DNA of 57,129 nucleotides from positions 20,998,500 through 21,055,628 of the forward strand of contig JAUZTB010000063.1 of assembly GCA_034780895.1 (NCBI GenBank), read 5' to 3'. Position 1 is the first letter of the stretch. The number at the start of each line of letters is the position of its first letter. Of this stretch, positions 12,355 through 24,079 are shown in pieces. The notes under the pieces were generated by a model that was not told the origin of the DNA, did not search any database, and saw only the letters and a list, made by a program, of their open reading frames with translations. Origin of the DNA: Rhynchobatus australiae (Eukaryota). The position numbers were made by a program, and so were the translations under genes.

Positions 12355-12700
12355 GTCAGTTCAAGAAACTGATGGTTGTAGGGAAGTAGCTGTTCCTGAA
12401 CCTGGTGGTGTGGGACTTCAGGCTTCTGTATCCCTTGTCTGATGGTAGCAGAGAGAAGAGGACATCACCTGGATGGTAGTGATCCTTGATGATAGATGTT
12501 GGCTTCTTGAGGCAGCACCTCCTGTAGATGCTGTCAATGGTGGGAAAGGCTGTGCCGTGATAGACCAGGCTGTGTCCACTACTCTCTGCAGCCTCTTGCA
12601 TTCCTGTGCATTGGAATTGCTGTACCAGGCCTTGATGCATCCAGTCAAGATACTTTCAACTGTGCACCTATAGAAGTTTGTTACAGTATTTGGTGACATG
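12355..12700 (-). mobile_element. Rex1/Babar-type LINE ORF2 C-terminal fragment
   Basis: MSPNTVTNFYRCTVESILTGCIKAWYSNSNAQECKRLQRVV and HPGDVLFSLLPSDKGYRSLKSHTTRFRNSYFPTTI, frameshifted. Confidence 0.85.
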
Positions 12701-13229
12701 CAAAGCTTCTATTTATGAATTATAGATTTTGATTCATAACTTGAGATTGTACCAATAGATCTCTGTTGGTGAAGGTAACTACACTTACAGTTTTTGCATG
12801 CTTTTGCATTATATCTTCTCATTGGGTGAGAAATCATTGACAGCTCTGTACATAAACCATATATAAATTATTAATCACAATGTACCATTTTTACCCAATA
12901 TCTGGTGACAAGGGTGGAGCAGGAGATTCCTGACACTGTACTCTGATTTAATGGCATATATCACTTTGTGTTCTCCTCATTTTCAGTAGGTGACTGAGGA
13001 CTTCCTCTGGAGCCGATCAAGTTTTCCATTGAAACTTGCAGTATTGGACCATCATCCACTTTTGCCCCTGATGATCAACTAACATTCCTTTCGATGGATA
13101 TCAGTAGCACCCACACCAGTAGGGACAGAGTCATCTCCAAACTGCTGCTTGTAGTAGTGATGCTTCATGCATTGTAGTTCTTGCCATAGCAACACTAAGT
13201 ATGGGCAATTGCCATCCAGAAGAATCTGG

Positions 13230-13460
13230 TGGTCAACAATTCATCCCTCCTTCTTGAGTTTGTTTGCTTTTTTGAAGACTTTTACATGCATCATCAGTTT
13301 TTTGGTGATCATGGTTCGGATCCCAGTATCCAACACAGTTAGCACAGGGGACAAGATCACCCCAGGCAACACAGCCACTTGCCAGAGCCAGCAGAAGCTG
13401 AACAATCTCCTTTTCCCACCACCAACCCAGGTTCCCGAGTGCATAAGTTATCTCCATTGG
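13230..13460 (-). pseudogene. Possible remnant of the Harbinger Myb/SANT partner gene
   Basis: Frameshifted pieces WQVAV...IRTMITKK and QKTDD...KQTQEGG loosely follow the W..VA...RT..QC.KK..D...TGGG pattern. It lies directly downstream of the transposase remnant. Confidence 0.35.
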
Positions 13461-13819
13461 GAGATGATTGACGATATGGAAACAGATATGGAAGCAGAGC
13501 AACAGTCCGCAGTGGATTCAGGAATGAGGATCCTGGAGTGCCAAGGTAACAAGCCAATGTGCTAACAACTCCTGCCAATGGGACTTTGCAACAGTGTTGG
13601 GACCCAAGTTCAAAATCCTAACCACTGGCCATGCATCTGATAACCTCCTTCAAAATGTCAAGCTGAGACAAGCAAACTCAAGATGGAGGGACAAGTTGAT
13701 GATCAGAAATCTTCCAGATGACAAACTTAAGCATTTCGTAACTTTCTGATTCCTAATGTTTACGAATTTGATCCTATGTATCAGTAATCCCACTTTGTAA
13801 GAGTTGGTGGGAAGGACAT

Positions 13820-14760
13820 TGTCCGCATGGTGTGAGGTTGTGCAGCATACAGCAGACCACAACTAGTCTTGAAACACATTCTGCCCAGCAGTGAAGGACT
13901 CTGCTATAGTGGTTCAGATTGTTTTAGCATATCAACCACTGCTTTATTAGATTTTGCAGATCAGCATGTCTTTTATTGTCATTGCCCTTGATACCAAGCA
14001 NNNNNNNNNNCTGCAGTTTTTCTAACTTTATAAAATCTTGTTAGCAATAAAACAGAAACCAAATTATGAATATTTAACCTTCAATTTAACTGTGGACCCC
14101 AAAACTCCAGCAGCTACTGTTGTAGACAAATACAGAAAGAAGGAATCGTGGCTGCTGTCAGGATCCCAGCCACTAACCTCTCTATTCACCAACAGGACTT
14201 GAGGGTCTGGAATTTTGTTTGTTCTGGTGTCAGGCAGAGTTGACATCCTGCATTCAAAGTGATGTGAGTGTAGCCAAGGGCATCCTATTCTGCAGAAAAG
14301 CTGCAAATCTTCCAATTCCTTTTCTCTCTATACCAGTTCATCTCCGGTGAGAGAGAATGAAATTGTTGGTTCATTTTGAACAGGTGACCTCAGTGAACTT
14401 CCTTGAACGACAATGGATGGCAAACTCCAAGATGGGCAAGTATCTCCATGTCCAGCCTGGGAGGGGCCAGACACATAATAATTCAGTGTCATGGTCACCT
14501 GAAAGCCACAAGCAACACAATCTTTCTCCTGCTCCAAGGCTGGGTTATGGCTACAACAGGTATCTGATTTTTGTGAAGACCTCCTTACTGATACACAGGT
14601 GCTTGACACAATGTTCCTCGTTGACATTTTGATAAGTCCATTGCTTTCTGAACATGATGAGTGAAAAACCATCTCTTCTTCCTCCTCCTCCCTCCTCCTG
14701 CAACTTCTCATTCTGCCAGTTAAATCCTCTTCCAAGGGAACTGCCTACTAATGCAGCCAT
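13820..14760 (-). pseudogene. Decayed PIF/Harbinger (HARBI1-like DDE) transposase
   Basis: Colinear motifs across frames: EEHCVKHLCISKEVFTKIRYLL; QVTMTLNYYVSGPSQAGHGD; DALGYTHITL (GAIDCTH-like); PDSSHDSFFL (PGSSHDAFIL-like); LGIKGN (LGDKGY-like); VSRLVVVCCMLHNL. Contains stops and frameshifts. Confidence 0.8.
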
Positions 14761-17092
14761 GCTGGGGAGAAATTAGTTTGTACAGAAGCCTTGTAATCAA
14801 GATGCAAGTCTCCAGCACCTGCCTCATCACACCATGAAGAATTCAGAAACTTAAGACAACCAAAAGGAGCACTAAACACTTTAAAATTTATAGTAACAGT
14901 TAGAAGAATTCAGTCAGCAACTAACCCATAAGTAATTGATGATTCATTTGAACAGTCTTGTAAAGGGGCGTTGCTGCTGCTGAGCAAGTGGTGTTAAGGA
15001 AGGTCAACAACCACTGAGCTCCAACATGATTGAACTGGAAGCAAATCCATATTACAGGATGATTGATGGTGAACTACCTGCCCTACATATCGCCTGCAGA
15101 TGTTAGCTGTGCGCATTTTAACACCATTGCCAATGTAACACTCATTACAATTTGTACCACAAGCATGCTACAAAGGTGAGTGTGTACCAGAAGTGCAATT
15201 TACAGCTCATGCACCACACCAAAAAATCAAAATGCCAATTCCTCACTAAAAACATTCATTGTACCTGACCGATTACTGTGTGGAAAGACAGCAGCACTGT
15301 AGAGAGCAATTTGAATCGGTTTCAAGCTTGGTGCTTCCTTTCCTTTTGAGGAGTTTCTCTCTTCCAGGTGACAAGGAGCTTCAGCAGAAACAGTCAAACA
15401 CAGTGCATGCTGTAATTTGATTCGCTGAGGTGGTGGGGCAGGCACGGAGGTTGAACAATTGACCTTGAATCCAACACCCACCCTGACTCCCTGAGACGGT
15501 GCTTTAATTGACAGCTTGAGCGCTGTGAAACCTCACCCCTCTACAGCAGCAGATGAAGCTGACTGGCAGAATGTTGGGCCTCAGGCTTTCAGCCATCTGT
15601 CCTGCTGTAGATGCTCATACACCTGTGATACTGGGCTGCTGAAGAAATGTTAACCATTACCTTACAGAAATTCCAGATTTGTTCCCAATACTTCATTACT
15701 ATAATTGAATCTCCCCCTCCAAATAATTATTTCTAAAAAAATTCTGAAAGGATAAGTACCTAATTTTTGCTCCAGTATCTCATTTCAGCAACTAACAATG
15801 GAAGTTAATTCATTCATTTAGGTAGCAGGCAATAAGGACTTATACATGCGCATTTCAGTTAGATTTTCAGCGTTTCAACAAATGTTTTGCCAAGAAGCAA
15901 TTGTTGTGCTGTTCCAGCAGACCCAGAATGGTGCATGGAATGGTGCTAACACAACATAACAGGTCATCACCTCTCATTCAAAATGCACCAAGNNNNNNNN
16001 NNNNNNNNNNNNNNNNNNNNNNNNNNNNNNNNNNNNNNNNNNNNNNNNNNNNNNNNNNNNNNNNNNNNNNNNNNNNNNNNNNNNNNNNNNNNNNNNNNNN
16101 NNNNNNNNNNNNNNNNNNNNNNNNNNNNNNNNNNNNNNNNNNNNNNNNNNNNNNNNNNNNNNNNNNNNNNNNNNNNNNNNNNNNNNNNNNNNNNNNNNNN
16201 NNNNNNNNNNNNNNNNNNNNNNNNNNNNNNNNNNNNNNNNNNNNNNNNNNNNNNNNNNNNNNNNNNNNNNNNNNNNNNNNNNNNNNNNNNNNNNNNNNNN
16301 NNNNNNNNNNNNNNNNNNNNNNNNNNNNNNNNNNNNNNNNNNNNNNNNNNNNNNNNNNNNNNNNNNNNNNNNNNNNNNNNNNNNNNNNNNNNNNNNNNNN
16401 NNNNNNNNNNNNNNNNNNNNNNNNNNNNNNNNNNNNNNNNNNNNNNNNNNNNNNNNNNNNNNNNNNNNNNNNNNNNNNNNNNNNNNNNNNNNNNNNNNNN
16501 NNNNNNNNNNNNNNNNNNNNNNNNNNNNNNNNNNNNNNNNNNNNNNNNNNNNNNNNNNNNNNNNNNNNNNNNNNNNNNNNNNNNNNNNNNNNNNNNNNNN
16601 NNCAAGTAGAAGTCACTTCAGGGTTGCCAGGGTAACTTGTGACTTCAAGTGCCCAATCTAATTTATTGATTGGTCTGACATCACCTGGAAAATGGTTGCA
16701 AGCACGATTTACTCAGGTTAAATCAAGTTTTAATTGCATTGGACTTCAAAAAAAAAGATCTTTGCCATTGAATCTCAAGGTAACGAATTATGAGAGTAAA
16801 CTGTCAACCACTTGTAAAGGAAATGCACCACTAACATCTAGGATATTTAAAGTAAATAAATTATTTCAGAGGCTGAAAGCATTTTGCCAAACAATTTTGG
16901 AGTTTGTTTAATCTTTGACTTCCATGCTGCTACAACTACTTAGTACTCTGTGGCATTCTTGCACATGTTAAAATCTGTAAGATCAAATGGGAGAGTTGGA
17001 ATGACGATACTATCAACACAGTGTAGTGTATTCTTGTAGTGTTGAAAATAGCTATAGTTAATTTCTATGATTATGACATGTTGAACTATCAA

Positions 17093-17205
17093 AGCTCATA
17101 TCACCTATGTTACCCGTGTGGACAATCCAATGCTTGGTGAATTCTGCTTCACAACGATAGGAAGAGCTGACGTCAAAGGATCAAAAGGTGATGTTGCTTG
17201 TAAAC
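17093..17205 (-). pseudogene. 28S rRNA-derived fragment (domain V, peptidyl-transferase region)
   Basis: ACAATCCAATGCTTGGTGAATTCTGCTTCACAACGATAGGAAGAGCTGACGTCAAAGGATCAAAA is the reverse complement of conserved eukaryotic LSU sequence TTTTGATCCTTCGATGTCGGCTCTTCCTATCATTGTGAAGCAGAATTCACCAAGCGTTGGATTGT with a few substitutions. Confidence 0.9.
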
Positions 17206-18679
17206 AGTAAAGTATCAATTGTCATTTTATCTATGGATCAATTCAGAATTGAACTTTCTTCACCATTTCTGCATGTTGAATTGAAACTAAATGTAATATT
17301 ATTTTCAAACTGTAGCAACTGCAGAGAAAATATATTTTCATCCTTCTAAATATGAGGCATTGCATAGTGCTGTTCTTTCCATTGTAAATCATTTCAAGCC
17401 TTTCATTGTTTTAATTGTATCACTGGGCACCTCAGATTTTGCTACAGAAACTATTTCAGTTCTCTAACTTTACCAATTAATGTTATGGCTAAAATACAAG
17501 TGAATTTTAGATAGCAAGATCAACATCACATGCATCACTGATAAGTAGATGAAGAGAGAATCAATCCATAGACGCCAGAACACCAAACCTGGGAGTTTTT
17601 CAATAAAATGGTTGCAACTTTCTCTGCTAACCTGAGGCTCAATTACAGTGAGCTGAAAATGGTCAGGACAGATGCTCTGTCACAAGACCACAGGCCAATG
17701 TAACACAAAGAAGCAATGTTTAATCCGATTTAACATTCATTAGAAATGCATAGAATTCTATTCATCGTCAATTCTAAACCAACTTCAGTCTGTTAGGGGT
17801 AGAGTAGATGCACTTAGGCACCTTGACCTAGAAAGGCAGCATCTGGGAAGTGATATGATATGGAGATTGTTAAAGCTGTAGGAAAAGTTAATCCAGCCCT
17901 TGTCTCCTGTCATTATCTTGTGNNNNNNNNNNNNGTCCTATGCCACCTTTTTATATTAAATCTGGACAATATTTCCTTTATATTGCACTCAGACAATAAA
18001 TTCAGACACATCCAGCAGTAGAAGGGCATCACCAGTAAAAAAAAATTAACAGAGACAACAAATCTAAAATTACTACTTTTTCCATGAACAAAACGTGCAG
18101 AATATTATCATGGAATATTTGTAAAGCTGTAACATATTGTGGGTCTGGGAGTACCCTAAAAAAAAAATCAAGATGTGTTCCAGGCGGTAGCAGTTTGAGG
18201 GAGATGACATTATACAGTCATTGCTTAATCTCTGATGATGAATTCAGTCACACAACATCCAGGAATACATTCAAACCACAATGCTCCCTGCGAGCTATTC
18301 TATTATATTCAGCAAAGTGACCATGTTCTTTGTCAATTTTGACATTTCACAGCTGTGTGTGTCCTGAATTTTGGCATCTGATTAGAAATGCTTCTCTTCA
18401 AGTCTATCAGCTGAAAGTGTTACATAATTTTGTTAGAGTAGATTGTTCATTTAGATATTGCATATTTGATACAATTTAGACATTCTTCTAAATACATTCA
18501 GGAATTCATTAACACAAAATATTGATCTAAATTGAAGAAATGCATGAAGAAAACGAAACTGTTGAAAAAAGTCACATCACAAATTTAACCCTTAGAGTCC
18601 TGACATCTCCAAGGAAACTTGGAATTGACAACCTCTGTTGTTTCTCACTCATCTAGAGCACTCCAAACAACATTAACCA

Positions 18680-19040
18680 TTAGAACCACAGAACAATACA
18701 GCACAATACAGGCCCTTAAGCCCACCGTGTTGTGCCACCCATCAAACCACACCTCCCACCATCTAACCCTTTCCTCCCACATATCCCTCTATCCCACACT
18801 CCTCCATATGCCTANNNNNNNNNNNNNNNNNNNNNNNNNNNNNNNNNNNNNNNNNNNNNNNNNNNNNNNNNNNNNNNNNNNNNNNNNNNNNNNNNNNNNN
18901 NNNNNNNNNNNNNNCTGCGTGGCCACTTTCATTGAACTGTGAATATGTACCCCCAGATCCCTCTGCTCCTCTACACTGCCAAGTATCCTGCTATTTACCT
19001 CGAACTCTGCCCTGGAGTTTGTCCTTCCGAAGTGTACAAC
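18680..19040 (-). mobile_element. CR1 LINE fragment spanning an assembly gap
   Basis: VHFGRTNSRAEFEVNSRILGSVEEQRDLGVHIHSSMKVATQ, with a reverse 3' tail CATTAGAACCACAGAACAATACAGCAC. Confidence 0.85.
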
Positions 19041-19319
19041 AATAATGTATAAATGCATTAAGGTACAACAACAATGACGTTGAAAGATCAGGTGTAACTT
19101 TCCTTTAACTAATACTCAGCACAAACTCTGGATTGGATCTAGAAAGCCTTCAGTTAGTATCCCTTTCAAAGCACCAAGATGGCTCTAACCAGAGTCACAG
19201 AAGACACCATATATAGCTGATTAATAAAAGAGGAAGGCACTCATCTTTGGTCATTGGCACCGAACATATGAGGGTATTGGCCACCAACTGTTGTCAATTC
19301 CATGCATTCATATTTCCTT

Positions 19320-19640
19320 ATAGCATAGGAGGTTATTAAGCCCATCAAGTCCATGCTGGCTCTCAGAGCAATCAATCACCCACTTATCTCCCTGTACCTA
19401 TTCTCTCAAACAAACACATTAACATCACTCTGATTCTCCCACCACACCAATAATACAGGTAATTTTCAGTAACCAATTAACTAGCAGCCAGCATCTACTT
19501 GGGCTGTGGGAGGAAAGTGGGGCACTTGGGAGAAGCCAGAAGCCCTAGCAAACCTCACACGGACAGTGGTGGAGGTCAGAATTAAACCTAGATCACTGGA
19601 GCTGTGAGATAGCTGCATGACCTGCAGCACCACATGCTGC
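19320..19640 (-). mobile_element. HE1/V-SINE-like SINE (older copy)
   Basis: CCAATTAACTAGCAGCC...TGTGGGAGGAAAGTGGGGCAC...CTGGAGCTGTGAGATAGC...GCACCAC. Confidence 0.75.
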
Positions 19641-21650
19641 CTCACAATTCCATTTGACTTCAACTAAGCCAAATGCAGAGCAGTGAGTAAAATGGCAGGT
19701 CTTTCTCCCGTCAGATTTACTGTTGGAGGCAAGAGGCAAGTTTCTCCCTGAAAATCTCCATTGGATGCAACAGACTAGTTTTGGTTCTCTTCTCAATGTT
19801 TGCCTCTGTAAACTTCAAAAACGTTTAAACATCTGTTGTGTACAAGTTCTAAGACATGATGTAAAATAGAATGAGCCTTACACTACCTGTATGCACAGAA
19901 AGGCATTTCCTTTATAGGAAGTAGGGTGGGTCAGAGGTTGTGGGTCGTAGGTTGTGGGTTGCAGATTATGGGTCATGGATCAGACCACAGACAGGAAGGA
20001 TCAGAACTTCAGTCAGGGTCCCTGGGGGTGGAGAAGGGGGATTGTTCAGAATCTTTTGGGTCATTTCGGCATGGACGGTATCTTGATGCACAGTGTTAGG
20101 TGGAAATCAGGGCCTTGACTGGCTGCTTGGAGAGGTGCAGGGGAGGTGTGTCAGGGCCATGATTCAGTTGGTTGGGGGAGGGTGGGAGTAATCTGTTCAG
20201 ATCTATGCGTTAAGTAGTGGACTTAAAAGGGACTTACTTGTGGATGGACCACAGATTTAGTGATCGTGATAAAATCCTTCAGCATAACACTAAGATTTTG
20301 TTACATGAAAGAATTTATAGCCTAATATATCTTGTGAATGGCTCCAAGGAGTCACGATTAGGTTTTGATCCTATGGAGAAAAAGCATTTTTACACTTTGA
20401 TCTCAGAGACGGGGATGAAACACAGAATATCTTCTACTATTCTATCAGAAAATATATCAATGTTACAATTACATCAGTTATTAAACACTACGAATCATTA
20501 GCTCATGCATCACTGGTTTATTACCCTGTCAATTATCCCACTCCTATAATGTTTGCCTCACTTCTAACAATATAAGAGAAGTGAGTGGAAGATATCATAT
20601 CATGGAAACCAACATCTGACGATAACTTAAAGGAAGTAGTTTAATCTCCTTGAAATTTAATAATGACACAAGGTTTGCTTGAGCTATTTATGACATCATC
20701 ATATTGAATTAGAATCATTATATCTTGCACCAGTCTACATATAGACTACATACACATGTTCATTACACATAAAATACATAATTAATTTTTCTAAGAACTA
20801 ATTATATGTCAAAGAAATATTCAGATCAAATGACGATGTCAATTTGTGCAATTACATATAAATTTAAATGGGAAAATGTGTGGGTGTATCATAATGATGA
20901 TTTTTTCCTAAAACCATTAATTAATATCTCCTTAACTGTAGTTTGAACATAGAAAATTATAGAAAAGGCAGAACATAAACTTAAAACAAAAACTTAACAT
21001 ATGGGAGATGAGAGCTATGTTTTATCATAAGAACATGAATTAGAACTGACAGCCTTTTTGTTCAGGATGTTCTTCTGATTGTCTCCGTGAGAGCCAACCG
21101 AAGCTGACACCGTATTTTGAATGACAGCATTCTCTGTCATTCATTAATGTTACCTGCTGGAGATCGCAGGGGAACAGAATTACAACCCTCAGATGGACTA
21201 AAACATGCATGTAAAAATATGAGAAGTATGCATGCTACAAAGAGGCTTCTAATATTCAAAAAAGCTACATGGGTTTTGTAACATATGAATAATAAATCAA
21301 GTAGATTAAAAAGCACATCTGACGAAGATTAATTACATAATTTAATGAATTTTAACAACCTGTCCTGGGCATAATTTGATTTGTATTTCAAATTTACTCT
21401 AAATAAAATCTTGAAAAAGTCTTTCCAATTTCATAACTCATCAATATCCCTAAAATACAATAAAAACAGAGAATAATGATTTTTACTATTCCTTAAATAA
21501 TCTGAATTAGAAAGTGAAACTGCAAATGATAGTTAGAAATGAACTATTATTATCTTTCATGCTAATGTAAGTCTCTATTTAATATTACTAAATAGTCAAA
21601 CTTGTTTTTGCTAATTTTTCAAAGATCAATAATCCATTCTTTTTTCCCCC

Positions 21651-21676
21651 CACACACAAACACACACACACACACA
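21651..21676. repeat. (CA)n microsatellite
   Basis: Directly visible in the sequence. Confidence 0.9.
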
Positions 21677-23254
21677 GCTAAATTACAGCACAATATAGAA
21701 TCAGTACCTACCAGTAATCAGGGGAGTATCCTGCAGCAAATTGTTTTGAATAACTGAGGACTGGTAGTTTTGCAGTTAATCAGTTTAACGCTGAACAATT
21801 GACCATGACATAGTTTGTTTAACATCTCANNNNNNNNNNNNNNNNNNNNNNNNNNNNNNNNNNNNNNNNNNNNNNNNNNNNNNNNNNNNNNNNNNNNNNN
21901 NNNNNNNNNNNNNNNNNNNNNNNNNNNNNACATCTCATTGGAAAACTCATTGTCTGCTTTGCTCCCCACAAATATAAAGGTCTTTTCTCAAACTGTTCCT
22001 TAAGATCCCTGTGACAGCTGAAACGCACACTCATGCTGCTCACTGTCAGAGCAAATAGCAAAGCTGCAGTCAAAGCTGCTTGCTGATTAGGGAGGGACCC
22101 ATAGCAAACTGTAGGTCTCCAATTACATTCAGCACAGTGAGATCTGCTCCACTGCCTGTATCGCAAATCCTGCAGCTAACCCCACACTGGATTGCATAAT
22201 TAGCAAAACACATGATGTGCTGCTTGTAAATAATGATCAGATGACATCCCCACTGATGAAATATTCTGTTGGAAAATGCAAGGCATAATAGGATACACCG
22301 CGAAATCAAGTAGTGTACATTGCCAATATAGTTTAGGCAGCGACCTTATTTTATCTGTTCCCAATCTTGCTGTGCTTCACAGGGAAATAATCAAAGTCTT
22401 AGACATGAGCTGTGTGGAGGGCACTGCCTTGGGTAAAACACCAGCTCCTTTAAGGCAAGAGCAAGATATATGATTAAAAGGAACAGTGGCCACATTTCAA
22501 TGAGAGCATCAATTAGTGCACGGTGACCAAGAAGTTGTGGAACGTGACTTATAACCCAAAGGCTTTGCATTCAAGTCCCCATTCTCCCAACCCCATAGAA
22601 AATTGAGAAACTGAATTAAATAACCCTGCTAAATTTAGAGACCAGAAACAGGATGATTAGGAAATCTGTTGCAAAACACGACTGTCTTACAAATGACTTG
22701 CTCTACAATGTGTGGGTAACACTAAGTACTGCTCTGCCAGCGTGGTGGACTCATTGTTAATAAACAAGACTTCTTCAGGAGCAGGAGGGGTTTCCACACC
22801 TTTAATGTGCAGGTGGTTGGGGATCATAGAAATAATTTCATTACAGTGAGTGCCATGCTTCTGGGAAACACAAGATTCCCCATCCTGAAGGCGTCAGACA
22901 TTCTCAGTAGTCAGCACTGCCCAGCTGAATGGGTCCTGGTGAAAGGGGGGAATCTCTCTGCTTCTGTGGCTGCTCACACCATTCATAGCAGCTGAGCACC
23001 GGTAGAAAGAGAGCCACGCAGCTACCAGGGCAGTGCTACAGGTCTCCACCAGATGAGGTTTTATTGTCTGCAGCAGTCTGGGGGCGCCCCTCAGTGCACT
23101 GCAGACAGACAAGGAGGCTTCACCATTGGGTGCTGCACACTCCAGCAAACAGAAGACAGCAGCCAGGACCAGAGCAGGAGCAGCAAGGGGTCCTGGACCC
23201 CCAGGGCCTGGAGCAACAAGTACGAGGGGAGCAGAAGAAGATGACTACTAGGTG

Positions 23255-23745
23255 TATTAAAAAAAAACAGAATGCTGGAAGAACTCAGCAGGTCAGCAAA
23301 AGGTGTAAGTCAGCATTTTGGGTCAAGACCCTGCACCAAGACTGAAAGATCACCAGGATATAGCAGTACAAGGAGGGGCGGGATACATGCTGGTAGGTGA
23401 CAGGGGGAACCAGTGGTGTGGGTTACCTGAAACTGGAGAATTCAATGTTCATACTAAATGGAATAAAAGATGTTCCTCCAATTTGTGCGTCACCTTTCTG
23501 TAGCAATGGAGAAGACTGAGGACAGACAGGTTGATGGAGTAGTGGGAAGGAGTGTAAATAAAAAGGCATTTTCAAGAGCAGGATGGGTTACAATAACAAG
23601 CAACTGGAAGCTCAAGGTAGCCGTGTGGAGAAAGTGCAGGTGATCTGCAAAAGAGTCACCTTGTCTATGCTTAGTGTCACCAGTGTGGAGGAAGCCATAT
23701 AACGAGCACTGAATGCAGTAGGTCAGGTTGGAGGAAGTGCACCTC
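23255..23745 (-). mobile_element. Penelope-like element 3' part: GIY-YIG endonuclease remnant plus pLTR
   Basis: The minus strand translates CTSSNLTYCIQCSLYGFLHTGDTKHRQGDSFADHL (GIY-YIG pattern xxY-C..C..C...YIG-T.R....R..EH). It ends in a pLTR with a hammerhead remnant at 23308-23343. Confidence 0.85.
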
Positions 23746-24079
23746 CGCCAACCTGATCTAATGGCAGGCTGTCTGGCTGAGCAGGCTCACGACCCTCAGA
23801 ATGTCTGCATCCACGGTCTCATCTCCCAGTGAGTGGAGGAGACAGGCATTGGCTGGATGGGATATCAGCGATCCTAACAAGAGTGAGGTATTTCATTAGC
23901 AGCCTGCAAATAAAATTCCCCAATGGAAACCAAATCACCACCTCCACACTGATTCATAACACCAACACAGGTCACTGATAACCAGCTGGAGAGGTTCCAA
24001 GATCATAGGAGATGGGGGAACTGTCTCCCTGTCCCACGGAGCCACTACTTCCTCCAAGGCAGCCAAAGTGTGTGCTGCT

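Noticed and set aside
15901-16635. Long ORFs of 200-326 aa here and at 51340-52334, plus others spanning N runs
   Set aside because: They consist almost entirely of X residues from assembly gaps.
19935-19980. Three degenerate 14-bp units AGGTTGTGGGTCGT
   Set aside because: A short low-complexity tandem within a G-rich decayed repeat, with no evidence of function.
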